Of a stretch of DNA of 64,000 nt, positions 1 through 9,778 are shown in pieces. Every line of letters starts with the position of its first letter. The stretch's first letter is position 1. The notes below the pieces were generated by a model. The model was not told the origin of the DNA, searched no databases, and was given only the letters and a program-made list of their open reading frames with translations. The position numbers and the translations under genes are program-made. Origin of the DNA: an archaeon (GTDB taxonomy: Archaea; Nanobdellota; Nanobdellia; CSSed11-243R1); the NCBI GenBank assembly GCA_024277205.1, contig JAJRVP010000005.1:2286-66285 (forward strand). Reading direction: 5' to 3'.

Positions 1-1
1 A

Positions 2-2521
2 GACGAAAATAAAGTTAAAGAAATTGTAAGGGGTTTTGTTGAACCTGAAAATGTAATGAAATATTTTGCTTTGACTTTTAAAAAAGATTTTAAATCAATT
101 GGCTGCTCAATTGATTGGAGAAGGGAATTCACAACAAATGATTCTGAATACAATAAATTCATAGAATGGCAATTTGAGAAGCTTAAGGAGTTAGGATTTC
201 TTACAAAGGGAAACTACCCTATATTATATTGTCCAAATTGTAAAAATGCGGTTGGTGAGGATGATATAAAAAGTGGGGATCAAATAAAAGCTGAGGTTGG
301 AGAATGGCAGCTTTGGAAATTTCCATTTGAAGATAAATTTATTGTTTGTGCAACTCTTCGTCCAGAAACAATCTATGGGGTTACAAATATATGGATAAAT
401 CCAGATGGTGCTTATGTTGAAGCAAAAGTTGAGAATGAGATTTGGATAATAAGTAAGGAAGCTGCTGAAAAATTAAAATTCCAAGGAAGAAAGGTTGAAA
501 TTTTAAGAGAATTTTTAGGAAAAGAATTAATTGGAAAAAATGCAAAAAGCCCAATAGATGAAAAGGAAATCCCTATTTACGAAGGAAAATTTGTAGATTC
601 AAAAAGTGGAAGTGGGGTTGTTTTTTCTGTTCCTGCGCACGCCCCATATGATTGGATTGCTTTGCAAGATTTAAAAAAGAAAGGAAAAGCAAGTGATGTT
701 AAACCAATTTCAATAATAAAAATTCGAGGTTATTCTGAATTTCCTGCAAAAGATGCTTGTGAAAAATTTGGAATTAAGAGTCAGGAAGAAAAAGATAAAC
801 TTGAAAAGGCAACTGAAGAAATATACAAAGCAGAATTTTATTCTGGTATATTAAAAGAAAATTGTGGTGAATTCTCAGGAAATAAAATTGCTAATGTTAA
901 GGATAAAGTTATTGAAAAATTCAGAAAAGAGAAAAAACTTGACTTTATGTATGATGTGTTTGCAATTGAAAAACCAGTGTATTGCAGGTGTGGAACAGAA
1001 ATTGTTGTTTCAATGTTAAAAGATCAGTGGTTTATTGATTATAGCAATGAAAAATGGAAAAAATTAGCAAGAAGTTGCTTGAAAGAAATGGAAATTATTC
1101 CTGAAATATATAGGAAACTTTTTGAGGATACGATTGAGTGGGTTCATCAAAGACCTGCTGCTAGAAAAAGAGGGCTTGGCACAAAACTTCCATTTGATAA
1201 AAATTGGATAATTGAAAGTCTTTCTGATTCAACAATTTACATGGCATTTTATACTGTAATCCACCATATAAAGAAAAATAATATTTATGCTGAAAAATTA
1301 TCAACTGAATTTTGGGATTACATATTCCTTGGAAAAGGAAATGTTAATGAAGTTATTGAATCTACTGGGATAAAAAAAGAAATTTTAGAAGAAATGCGCA
1401 ATGAATTTGAATATTGGTATCCTATTGATTTAAGGCATACTGCAATTGCACATATAACAAACCACCTAACTTTCTATATATTCAATCATGCAGCAATATT
1501 TCCAAAAAACAAATGGCCAAAAAGAATAACTTTAAACGAATTGCTTATACGCGAAGGTAAAAAGATGTCAAAAAGCCTTGGAAATGTTATTCCATTGGCA
1601 GAGGTTCCAAAAAAATATGGGGCTGATTTGTTTAGATTCTACATGGCATATGGTGCTGATTTATCATCTATAATGGACTTTAGGGAATCAGAGGTTTTAG
1701 CTCTAAAAAATAAACTTCTGCAATTCTATAACCTTATTGTTAGTGAAAAAAAATCAAAGTATGCAATAGACAATTCTGTGAAATGGCTTTTGTCAAGGTT
1801 TAATAAAAATATAAAAATAGCAACAGAATTCCTTGAGAAATATTCTCCAAGACAATATGTCCAAACTGCGTTTTTTAACATAATGAATGACATTACATAT
1901 TTTAAAAGACGTTCAAAAAATACAGGTGTATTATTAGAAAAAATTTTCCCAGCATGGCTTAAATTACTTTCTCCAGTTATACCTCATCTTTGTGAAGAAC
2001 TTTGGAAAGAGATTGGTAACAAAGATTTTGTTTCAATAGAAAAATGGCCAGTATATAACAAAAATGAAATTAATGACGAAGTTGAAGCTGGTGAAGAAAT
2101 AATAAAAAACCTTGTTGGGGACATAAATAAAATAATAAAACTTGTTGGAAAAGAGCCAAAGAAAATAAAACTTTTTGTTTCAGAAGGATGGAAATATTTA
2201 GTTTTTGAAAATGTTAAAAAAGAATTGGAAAAAGGAAATGTGAATTTCAAAGCAATAATGAAAAATTTAATGGAAATTGATGAGCTTAAAAAACATGGAA
2301 AAGAACTAAGTGCTCTTCTTCAAAAAATATTAAAGAATACGAGCAAAATCCCAGAAGTATTAATTGGGAAAGAAAAAGAATTTGAAATAATAACTGAGGC
2401 AAAAGAGTTTTTAGAAAAAGAATTTGGATGTAATCTTGAGATTAAACCTGCTGAGAGGAGTAAAGAAGCAAAAGCAAAGCAGGCTTTGCCAAATAAACCT
2501 GCAATTTTGGTGGAAACATGA
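2..2521 (+). CDS. leuS: Leucyl-tRNA synthetase, archaeal type (5' end lies outside the window)
   Basis: SIDWRREFTT, ATLRPET, SVPAHAPYD, IESLSDSTIY and KMSKS motifs. The frame is open from position 2, so the ATG at 56 is internal and the HIGH motif is upstream of the window. Confidence 0.95.
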   Translation, partial: DENKVKEIVRGFVEPENVMKYFALTFKKDFKSIGCSIDWRREFTTNDSEYNKFIEWQFEKLKELGFLTKGNYPILYCPNCKNAVGEDDIKSGDQIKAEVGEWQLWKFPFEDKFIVCATLRPETIYGVTNIWINPDGAYVEAKVENEIWIISKEAAEKLKFQGRKVEILREFLGKELIGKNAKSPIDEKEIPIYEGKFVDSKSGSGVVFSVPAHAPYDWIALQDLKKKGKASDVKPISIIKIRGYSEFPAKDACEKFGIKSQEEKDKLEKATEEIYKAEFYSGILKENCGEFSGNKIANVKDKVIEKFRKEKKLDFMYDVFAIEKPVYCRCGTEIVVSMLKDQWFIDYSNEKWKKLARSCLKEMEIIPEIYRKLFEDTIEWVHQRPAARKRGLGTKLPFDKNWIIESLSDSTIYMAFYTVIHHIKKNNIYAEKLSTEFWDYIFLGKGNVNEVIESTGIKKEILEEMRNEFEYWYPIDLRHTAIAHITNHLTFYIFNHAAIFPKNKWPKRITLNELLIREGKKMSKSLGNVIPLAEVPKKYGADLFRFYMAYGADLSSIMDFRESEVLALKNKLLQFYNLIVSEKKSKYAIDNSVKWLLSRFNKNIKIATEFLEKYSPRQYVQTAFFNIMNDITYFKRRSKNTGVLLEKIFPAWLKLLSPVIPHLCEELWKEIGNKDFVSIEKWPVYNKNEINDEVEAGEEIIKNLVGDINKIIKLVGKEPKKIKLFVSEGWKYLVFENVKKELEKGNVNFKAIMKNLMEIDELKKHGKELSALLQKILKNTSKIPEVLIGKEKEFEIITEAKEFLEKEFGCNLEIKPAERSKEAKAKQALPNKPAILVET

Positions 2522-3018
2522 TACTAACAAAAAATGAGATATTAAAGGCAATTGAAAAAAAAGAATTAGTTATAAAACCACTTAATAAAAATCAGATTGG
2601 TGCTGGCTCAATTGATTTGACTCTTGACAACCAATTTAGAATTTTCAAAAAAGATAGTCTTATCAAAATAAGTGAAAATGTTGATTATAAAAAATATACA
2701 AAGCTCATTAAAGCAAAGAAAATTGTTTTGCAACCCCGGGAGATGGCTCTTGGAATAACAAAAGAAAAATTAAAACTTCCCCCAACTTTGTGTGGTTGGC
2801 TCCAAGGTAGAAGCAGGTTTGCAAGGTTGGGTCTTGTTGTTCATGTAACTGCAAGTTTTGTGCAACCTGGCTCTGAAAATAAACAAGTGCTTGAAATGAT
2901 TAATCTCGGAAAAAATCCGATTGAAATCCATGCTGGCGACAGAATTTGTCAATTAATACTTGAACGAACAGAAGGAAAAGCAAAATTTAAGGGTAAATTT
3001 GTTAATCAAAATCTTTAG
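2518..3018 (+). CDS. dcd: dCTP deaminase
   Basis: SIDLTL, GRSRFARLGL, FVQPG and GDRICQL motifs; ATGA overlap with the leuS stop. Confidence 0.9.
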   Translation: MILTKNEILKAIEKKELVIKPLNKNQIGAGSIDLTLDNQFRIFKKDSLIKISENVDYKKYTKLIKAKKIVLQPREMALGITKEKLKLPPTLCGWLQGRSRFARLGLVVHVTASFVQPGSENKQVLEMINLGKNPIEIHAGDRICQLILERTEGKAKFKGKFVNQNL

Positions 3019-3026
3019 GTGTAAAG

Positions 3027-4766
3027 ATGAATAGCAAGGAACTAAAAAAGAAGTATATTGAATTTTTCAAAAAGAAAGGGCATGTGGAAATAAAAACATC
3101 CTCTCTTATTCCTGAGAATGACCCCACTGTTCTTTTTACAACAGCAGGCATGCATCCTCTTGTGCCTTTTCTTTTAGGGCAACCACATCCTGCTGGCAGA
3201 AGATTGGTAAGTGTGCAAAAATGTTTGAGAACAGGAGACATAGATGATGTTGGGGATGCAACCCATAATACTTTTTTTGAAATGCTTGGAAATTGGTCAT
3301 TGGGAGATTATTGGAAAAAAGAAACAATTGAATGGTGCTATGAATTTTTGATAAAAGAATTAAAAATCAATCCAAACAAATTACATGTGAGTGTTTTTGC
3401 TGGAGATGAATTAATACCAAAAGATAGCGAATCTGCTGAAATTTGGATATCTCTAGGAATACCAAAAGAAAGAATTCATTTCTTGCCAAGAGAAGATAAT
3501 TGGTGGGGTCCTGCTGGAGAAACAGGTCCATGTGGTCCTGATACTGAGATGTTTATTGATACTGGAAAAGAAAAATGTTCCCCAAATTGTAAACCAGGGT
3601 GTAATTGTGGAAAATATTTTGAAGTTTGGAATGCTGTTTTTATGGAATATAACAAAACAAAAGGTGGAAATTTCGAACCATTAAAACAAAAAAATGTTGA
3701 CACTGGGATGGGTGTTGAAAGAACAACTGCTGTTCTAAACAATTGTAAAAGTGTTTATGAAACAGACTTATTCAAACCAATAATAGATAAAATAAAAGAA
3801 CTTTCTAAAAAAGAGGATACAAAAGCAGAAAGAATAATTGCTGACCATCTTCGTGCTGCAACATTTGTGCTTGCTGAAAAAATTGTTCCTTCAAATATTG
3901 AAAGGGGATACATTTTGCGAAGATTAATACGAAGAGCAATAAGATTTGGAAGAATTCTTGAAATGGAAAAAGGATTTACAAAAGAAATTGTAGAAGTTGT
4001 TATTGACAACTACAAAGATGAATATCCAGAACTTGAAAAAAATAAAGATTTCATATTTGAAGAGTTGGAAAAAGAAGAAGAAAGATTTATGAAAACACTT
4101 GAAGCTGGATTAAAAGTTTTTAATAAACTTGCGAAAGAGGGAGATATTTCTGGTGAAAAAGCATTCCTTTTATTCCAATCTTATGGCTTCCCATTAGAAA
4201 TGACGGTTGAGCTTGCAAAAGAGAGAGAATTAAAAGTTGATGTTGATGGATTTCATAAAGCATACAAAAAGCACCAGGAGATATCCAGAGTTGGTGCTGA
4301 AAAAGAATTTAAAGGTGGACTAGCAGATAGCTCATACGAAACAACAAAACTTCACACTGCAACACATTTGCTTGCTGAAGCATTAAGAAGAGTTCTTAAA
4401 AGAGATATTGTTCAAAAGGGTTCTAACATAACACCTGAAAGATTAAGGTTTGATTTTAACTTTGATAGAAAATTAACAGATGAAGAAATCAAAAAAATTG
4501 AAGATTTAGTTAATGAAAAAATAAAAGAGGGGCTTCCCGTCATTAAAAAAGAAATGACACTTGAAGAAGCTAAGAAGATTGGAGCACAAGGTGTTTTTGA
4601 AGGAAAATATGGTGAAAAGGTTTTTGTTTATTTTATTAATGATTTTTCAAAAGAAATTTGTGGTGGGCCCCATGTTAAAAATACAAAAGAGCTTGGAGAA
4701 TTTAAAATAGTCAAACAAAAATCTATTGCTGCTGGAGTAAGAAGAATAAAAGCAATTGTTAAATAG
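3027..4766 (+). CDS. alaS: Alanyl-tRNA synthetase, short form without the C-Ala domain
   Basis: DPTVLFTTAGM, HNTFFEMLGN, GPCGP and DTGMGVER; editing motifs HTATHLL and EICGGPHV; ends at GVRRIKA (579 aa). Confidence 0.95.
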   Translation: MNSKELKKKYIEFFKKKGHVEIKTSSLIPENDPTVLFTTAGMHPLVPFLLGQPHPAGRRLVSVQKCLRTGDIDDVGDATHNTFFEMLGNWSLGDYWKKETIEWCYEFLIKELKINPNKLHVSVFAGDELIPKDSESAEIWISLGIPKERIHFLPREDNWWGPAGETGPCGPDTEMFIDTGKEKCSPNCKPGCNCGKYFEVWNAVFMEYNKTKGGNFEPLKQKNVDTGMGVERTTAVLNNCKSVYETDLFKPIIDKIKELSKKEDTKAERIIADHLRAATFVLAEKIVPSNIERGYILRRLIRRAIRFGRILEMEKGFTKEIVEVVIDNYKDEYPELEKNKDFIFEELEKEEERFMKTLEAGLKVFNKLAKEGDISGEKAFLLFQSYGFPLEMTVELAKERELKVDVDGFHKAYKKHQEISRVGAEKEFKGGLADSSYETTKLHTATHLLAEALRRVLKRDIVQKGSNITPERLRFDFNFDRKLTDEEIKKIEDLVNEKIKEGLPVIKKEMTLEEAKKIGAQGVFEGKYGEKVFVYFINDFSKEICGGPHVKNTKELGEFKIVKQKSIAAGVRRIKAIVK

Positions 4767-4787
4767 AAATAATTACTTCTTCTTTTT

Positions 4788-5192
4788 ATGAGATTAACAG
4801 TTAAAGCAATTGTTATTATTATTCTTGCCATAATTGTAGCTGCTGTTGCAATTATGTATGCTTTTGGTGTTTTTTCTCAAAGTGGAGAACAAGCAGGTTC
4901 ATATTGGGAATTTAGTTTTAATATAACAAAAGGGACAACAGAAAGGGCTGGAGATCAACCTCCGACAGTTAGTAGTTGTAATAATGTTGGGGAAAAATGT
5001 TTTGGAAGTAATTCTAACTGTTGTGGGGATTTAGTTTGTAGGCCAGAATATGCTGGCGGAGATTTAAAATGCCTTCCTTGTGGAGATGGAGATTTGATTG
5101 CTGGAACAGGGGACTTTTGCGAAAGAAATGATGATTGTTGTTCTGGAAAAACCTGCCATAATGTAGGAAGTAATAACGCCTACTGTGCCTAG
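4788..5192 (+). CDS. Orphan pilin-like membrane protein with a Cys-rich C-terminus
   Basis: N-terminal hydrophobic helix and FG...SFN segment resemble the pilins at 21946 and 23694; two C-x6-C-x5/6-CC-x4-C modules. Confidence 0.6.
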   Translation: MRLTVKAIVIIILAIIVAAVAIMYAFGVFSQSGEQAGSYWEFSFNITKGTTERAGDQPPTVSSCNNVGEKCFGSNSNCCGDLVCRPEYAGGDLKCLPCGDGDLIAGTGDFCERNDDCCSGKTCHNVGSNNAYCA

Positions 5193-5198
5193 CTAATT

Positions 5199-5222
5199 AA
5201 AATTAGAAAAAGGAAAAAATAA
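5199..5222 (-). terminator. Oligo-T terminator of the rpl1-rpl10-rpl12 transcript
   Basis: A-rich tract on + (T-rich on -) just after the rpl12 stop, between convergent genes. Confidence 0.45.
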
Positions 5223-5228
5223 GTTTAC

Positions 5229-5531
5229 TTATCCAAACAACCCTGCTAGTCCTGCTGCAGCTTCTTCTTCAGTCTTCTTCTCTTCTTTTTTCTCTTCTTT
5301 CTTTTCTGCTGGTGCTGAAGCTGCTGGTGCTGCTGCCACAGGTGCTGCTGCTACTGCTGATGCTTTTTCAATTATCTCTTCTATGTTTGCACCTTCAAGT
5401 GCTGAAACAACTGCTTTAATCATTCCAATGTCTGCATTTGCTCCTGCTGCTTCAAGAACTTTTTTCATATTTTCTTCATTTATCTCCTTTCCTGCTTTAT
5501 GTAGCAATAAAGCCGCATACATCATCTCCAT
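5229..5531 (-). CDS. rpl12: 50S ribosomal protein P1/L12 (archaeal stalk)
   Basis: YAALLLH N-terminus, Ala-rich hinge, [14 protein letters not shown]-terminus. Confidence 0.97.
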   Translation of the reverse strand: MEMMYAALLLHKAGKEINEENMKKVLEAAGANADIGMIKAVVSALEGANIEEIIEKASAVAAAPVAAAPAASAPAEKKEEKKEEKKTEEEAAAGLAGLFG

Positions 5532-5533
5532 TT

Positions 5534-6475
5534 TTAATCACCCTCTTTTTGAGTATTACCCTCTGAATCTTTTGATTCTTCAGGTTTTTCTTCTTTTGTT
5601 TCTTGTTTTGGTTTGTGTTCCTCAACATATGAATCTAATTCGCTTGCTTGTGCTTGAGCCTTAGCCAGAATTTCACCTGCTAAGGCATCGACAAAAATAT
5701 CTTTTTCTTTTGCAAGTGTTTTAGCCTCATTAAATGCTTTTGAAATTAATAATGAAATGTTTTGTTTTGTTGGATATGGTAATCCAATTGATAACTTAAA
5801 TGCTTGGTTTGCTGCAGATTCTAATTTTGAAATATATTCTTTAACATCAAATACCAACACATCCTTTCCAAATACATAACCCTCCTCCCAAGCACCACTA
5901 AATTCTAATCCAATCTCCATTGGTTTTATTCCAAGTTTTATAAGCAAGTCTGCAACATCCTCTGAAATTTCTTCTCCTTTCTTAACAATAACTGAATCTT
6001 CTTGTACAACAATTTTTCCAGCTTCAACTTTAACTTTGAGTCCTTTCGATTTTAATTCGGATAACATTGGACCTGGTGCAAATGGAGTTGGCCCTGCGCT
6101 TATAACAATATCTTCTGGTGCAATTTGCCCTGGTTTTGCAAATGCAGGTGCTTTATTTTGTGAAAATAATTTTGAGATTTTAAATGGGTCTAATTGAGAT
6201 AGAATAATTGCTGGCATGCCTTCTAATTTTTCTTTTAATTCTTCTATGCCCTTTAGTTTTTCTTTGCATTTTTCAATTGCAAATTTAATAATAGATTTCT
6301 TAACTACTTCAATGTGCATGTTTTCCCTAAGTTTGTTTCTTAAGTTGTGCATTTCTCCTGCTGGAATCCCTTTCATGTCTACTATGCCAATTGTTTTGCT
6401 GGTTTGCATTTTTTCTGCTATTTCATCTATCTTTTTTACTTTCTCTTCTGGCAATTTTTTTGTGAGTATTGTCAT
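5534..6475 (-). CDS. rpl10: 50S ribosomal protein uL10/P0
   Basis: [31 protein letters not shown]; syntenic between rpl1 and rpl12. Confidence 0.95.
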   Translation of the reverse strand: MTILTKKLPEEKVKKIDEIAEKMQTSKTIGIVDMKGIPAGEMHNLRNKLRENMHIEVVKKSIIKFAIEKCKEKLKGIEELKEKLEGMPAIILSQLDPFKISKLFSQNKAPAFAKPGQIAPEDIVISAGPTPFAPGPMLSELKSKGLKVKVEAGKIVVQEDSVIVKKGEEISEDVADLLIKLGIKPMEIGLEFSGAWEEGYVFGKDVLVFDVKEYISKLESAANQAFKLSIGLPYPTKQNISLLISKAFNEAKTLAKEKDIFVDALAGEILAKAQAQASELDSYVEEHKPKQETKEEKPEESKDSEGNTQKEGD

Positions 6476-7125
6476 TATAGCATCACCGGTTTTGACATAG
6501 TAAATTTAACATATGTTTTTTTAATCTGTTGGTCCCCTCTTGGAAGTTTTTTCTTGACAAAATCATAAATAGTTGAAATATTTTGGGCTATTTCTTCATC
6601 CTTCATATCTTCTGTTCCAACAATTGTAGAAACAACTGGTTGTTTTTTTGCTTGAATTCTAACTGTTTTTTGCAATTTCTTAACTAAGGATTTTAAATCT
6701 GCTTTTGGAGGAACAATACATCCTGATTTTGGATTGGGCATTTTTCCTTTTGGACCAAAAATTTTACCAAAGGTTGCTGCAATATCAGTCATAATTGTTG
6801 CTTGAGCAATGAAATAATCAAAGTCATTTGCAAGTTTTTTGATTTCTTTCTTTTTTCCAGCCCATTTTGAGAATTCTTCTTTTGTAATTACTTTGTCGCA
6901 CGCTTCTCTTGCCTGAGTAACTAAATCCTTATCAACAAGTGCGCAGACTTTTATCTTTTTTCCAATTCCATTTGGAAGAATAAGAAATTCATCTATTTTA
7001 TTTTCTGGATTTTTTAAATCTACATCTTTTAACACAATAGAGAAGTCAACTGATTGTTTGAACTTTCTCTTTTTTGCTTCGCTTCTTAATTTTTTAAGTG
7101 CTTCTAAAATTTTATTTTGTTCCAT
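6475..7125 (-). CDS. rpl1: 50S ribosomal protein uL1 (start corrected to MEQNK)
   Basis: RKFKQSVD, GPKGKMP and KFTMSKP motifs; GGTGG SD at 7131-7135 precedes the ATG at 7125. Confidence 0.95.
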   Translation of the reverse strand: MEQNKILEALKKLRSEAKKRKFKQSVDFSIVLKDVDLKNPENKIDEFLILPNGIGKKIKVCALVDKDLVTQAREACDKVITKEEFSKWAGKKKEIKKLANDFDYFIAQATIMTDIAATFGKIFGPKGKMPNPKSGCIVPPKADLKSLVKKLQKTVRIQAKKQPVVSTIVGTEDMKDEEIAQNISTIYDFVKKKLPRGDQQIKKTYVKFTMSKPVML

Positions 7126-7218
7126 TGTCTCCACCATCTCCCACCGAAGTGGTAAAAGCGACGTGGAACGACCATGAAGGTGGCAAGCCACCTTTGGTCG
7201 TAATGCGCTCGTTCGGGA
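7126..7218 (-). promoter_or_regulatory. Structured 5' leader of the rpl1 operon with a uL1-binding-site mimic
   Basis: GC-rich island. Hairpin ACGACCA-AAGGUGG(CUUG)CCACCUU-CA-UGGUCGU. Second element UCCACGUC-GCUUUUA-CCAC(UUCG)GUGG-GA-GAUGGUGGA pairs over the SD. Confidence 0.75.
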
Positions 7219-7237
7219 AATATAAACAATAACCTAA

Positions 7238-7251
7238 TTATTTATAAATTT
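7238..7251 (-). promoter_or_regulatory. TATA box for the rpl1-rpl10-rpl12 transcript
   Basis: AAATTTATAAATAA on the - strand about 25-30 nt upstream of the structured leader. Confidence 0.55.
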
Positions 7252-7751
7252 TACTTAAGGAGCTCATCCCATGCCCCTTCATCAACTTCTTTTTGAACTT
7301 CTTTCGGATTCTTACCCTCAACTGTGATTCCACAGGATAAGCAAGTGCCAAGTACATTTTTTACAGCATTTTTAATGTTTTTAACACCCATTTCTTCTTG
7401 TTTTAGTTTAGCAATTTTTATGATAACCTCTTTTGAAGCATCTCCTGCTGTTGGTGGCTTTTCTGCATTTCCTTCCCTCCAAGCACTCCCACTTCCTTTT
7501 TGAAGTTTTAATTCTTTGAATAGTAGTTGTGATGTTGGTGGGCTTCCAACTTTAATTTCCCATTTTTTTGTTTCTGTATCAATTATTATTTCTACTGGGA
7601 CTTTTATGCCCTCAAAATCCTTTGTAGCGGTATTAATATCATTAATTAATTGCCCTACATTAATTCCTAAAGGCCCTAGTTTTGGACCTAATGGTGGACC
7701 TGCTGATGCTCTTCCACCATCGACAAGTGCTTGTATTTTTTCTTTTGCCAT
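7251..7751 (-). CDS. rpl11: 50S ribosomal protein uL11
   Basis: GGRASAGPPLGPKLGPLG, KVPVEI, GTCLSCGITVEG. Confidence 0.96.
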   Translation of the reverse strand: MAKEKIQALVDGGRASAGPPLGPKLGPLGINVGQLINDINTATKDFEGIKVPVEIIIDTETKKWEIKVGSPPTSQLLFKELKLQKGSGSAWREGNAEKPPTAGDASKEVIIKIAKLKQEEMGVKNIKNAVKNVLGTCLSCGITVEGKNPKEVQKEVDEGAWDELLK

Positions 7752-7783
7752 AGCTACACCTTTAAAATTAGTCTTTAAAAAGA

Positions 7784-8239
7784 TTACTCTTCTTTTTTCT
7801 CCTCAGTTTTTATAACACGAACAGAATCAAGTTTTACAGTTATTGGGATTTGAACTGCTGCTTCAAGAAGTTCAACTACAACCTCATCTTTTACTTTTGT
7901 GATTCTCTTAACGCGTGCTTTTTCTCCCCTAAATGGTCCGGATATTATTTCAACAATATCCCCAGTATTTATTTTTATAGTCTCCATTGTTGGTACAAGG
8001 AATTTTTTGATTTCATCTATCCTAATTGCACCAAGAACTCCTTTTGCATGTTGAACTCCATAAATAGAACGATTTATATCATCTTGTTCTTCTGCTTCTA
8101 CAAAAAAGTATCCTTTTACTTCTCTTGGTCTTAATATTGCATATACTGGAAGCCCTTGCTGCTTTATTTTAGCAACCATTTTTTCAATTACTTGTGCTTC
8201 TCTTCCTGTAGTTGTTCTTACAACAAATATTTCGCCCAT
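7784..8239 (-). CDS. spt5: Transcription elongation factor Spt5/NusG
   Basis: NGN domain (VRTTTGRE, KGYFFVEA) plus KOW motif (GDIVEIISGPFRG). Confidence 0.95.
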   Translation of the reverse strand: MGEIFVVRTTTGREAQVIEKMVAKIKQQGLPVYAILRPREVKGYFFVEAEEQDDINRSIYGVQHAKGVLGAIRIDEIKKFLVPTMETIKINTGDIVEIISGPFRGEKARVKRITKVKDEVVVELLEAAVQIPITVKLDSVRVIKTEEKKEE

Positions 8240-8241
8240 TT

Positions 8242-8595
8242 TTACACCAACAATTTAAACAAAGTTTGTAATAAAAATCCTATAAATCCAATTATTAATA
8301 TACCTATGCCTGAAATTTTTGAAATTTCAGAAAGCTCTTCTATATCTGGTTTTCTTGAAACTAAGATAACTCTTTTATATTCTCTTAATGTGTGCATAAT
8401 CTTTTGTGGCCATGTTTTTATGTCAAGGTTTAATCTAAATTTAAATGAAGGTAATCTATTTCCAAATTTTTGTTCAAGTTTTTTTCCAAAATCAGAACCT
8501 GTGGTACTCTCCTTTTCTTTAGTCAAACTTTCAGGTTTTGTCTCTACTTCAATTGTTTCTTTTATTTCTTCTTTATGTTCGTTGTTTTCTTCCAT
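8242..8595 (-). CDS. secE: SecE/Sec61-gamma with an N-terminal extension
   Basis: EYKRVILVSRKPDIEE followed by the TM helix GILIIGFIGF; canonical position between ftsZ and spt5. Confidence 0.9.
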   Translation of the reverse strand: MEENNEHKEEIKETIEVETKPESLTKEKESTTGSDFGKKLEQKFGNRLPSFKFRLNLDIKTWPQKIMHTLREYKRVILVSRKPDIEELSEISKISGIGILIIGFIGFLLQTLFKLLV

Positions 8596-8596
8596 A

Positions 8597-9724
8597 TTAA
8601 TCCTCTACAAAAGTAATTCCTAACTCTTTTTCAATTTCTTTTTGCTTTTTATATTTTAATGTTCTTTCTTTTCCAAATATTTGTGGTGAATTAACACCAG
8701 TTATGATTAGCAATGTTCTAACTGTGTCATGCAAGTCATTTGAGATTTGTGCACCCCAGTTTATTTTTGCATCTTCATCTAATTTTCTTGAAATAACCTC
8801 TATTACTTTTTTTGCTTCTTCAAGTGTCATTGTTGGGCCACCAGAAACAACAATTAATGCCCCACTTGCACCAGAGATATCAACATCAAGCAATGGATTG
8901 TTTATTGCTTTTTCAACAGATTCTACTGCACGATTTTCTGAATCTGACTCTCCAACACCAATCATTGCAACTCCGCCCTCTTTCATTATATTTTTAATAT
9001 CTGCAAAGTCTCTATTGATTAATCCTGGTTTTGTAATGAGTTCAGAAATTCCTTTAACTGCATTTGTTAAGATTTCATCAGCTACTTTAAATGCTGTATA
9101 AAGTGGTAAGTCTGGTGCAATTTCAAGAAGTTTATCATTTGGAATAACTATGATAGTATCTGTGTTTGCTTGGAGTCTTTCAAGCCCATCAACTGCATTT
9201 TCCATTCTCCTTTTTCCTTCCATTGTAAATGGAATTGTAACAACACCAACAGTAAGAGCTCCAATCTTTTTTGCAATTTCAGCAACAACTGGTGCTGCTC
9301 CTGTACCTGTTCCACCACCAAGTCCACAAGTAATGAAAACCATGTCTGCTCCTTTTAATGCCTTTTTAATGTCTGCTTCTTGTTCTCTTGCTGCTTCTTC
9401 TCCAACTTTAGGATTAGAACCTGCTCCAAGTCCTCCAGAGGTTTCTTTACCAATTAAAATTTTTTTATCACATACACAGCAAAGTAAATCTTTAGCATCA
9501 GTATTAAGTGCAATTAATTCTGCACCTTTAATTCCTATTTCAGCCATTCGGCTAAGGGTATTGTTACCAGCTCCGCCGATACCAACAACTTTTATTGCAG
9601 CTGCTTTTTTAGCAAGGAGCTCTTCAAGTTCAGTATCAATATCTTTTGTTCTTGAAAGTTCTGGTCTTGGACCTTTTAACCCACTTATGTCATTTTCTTT
9701 TTTAATATCAAAAGATGTAGCCAT
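8597..9724 (-). CDS. ftsZ: Cell division protein FtsZ (FtsZ1-type context)
   Basis: [23 protein letters not shown] and DFAD motifs. Confidence 0.98.
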   Translation of the reverse strand: MATSFDIKKENDISGLKGPRPELSRTKDIDTELEELLAKKAAAIKVVGIGGAGNNTLSRMAEIGIKGAELIALNTDAKDLLCCVCDKKILIGKETSGGLGAGSNPKVGEEAAREQEADIKKALKGADMVFITCGLGGGTGTGAAPVVAEIAKKIGALTVGVVTIPFTMEGKRRMENAVDGLERLQANTDTIIVIPNDKLLEIAPDLPLYTAFKVADEILTNAVKGISELITKPGLINRDFADIKNIMKEGGVAMIGVGESDSENRAVESVEKAINNPLLDVDISGASGALIVVSGGPTMTLEEAKKVIEVISRKLDEDAKINWGAQISNDLHDTVRTLLIITGVNSPQIFGKERTLKYKKQKEIEKELGITFVED

Positions 9725-9778
9725 TTATTATCACCCTTTTAACTATTGTTATATTTTATCACTTCCTAATTAATAAAT

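Noticed and set aside
7126-7191. N-terminal extension of uL1 (MACHLHG...) in the ORF track
   Set aside because: It runs through the structured leader; the SD precedes the ATG at 7125.
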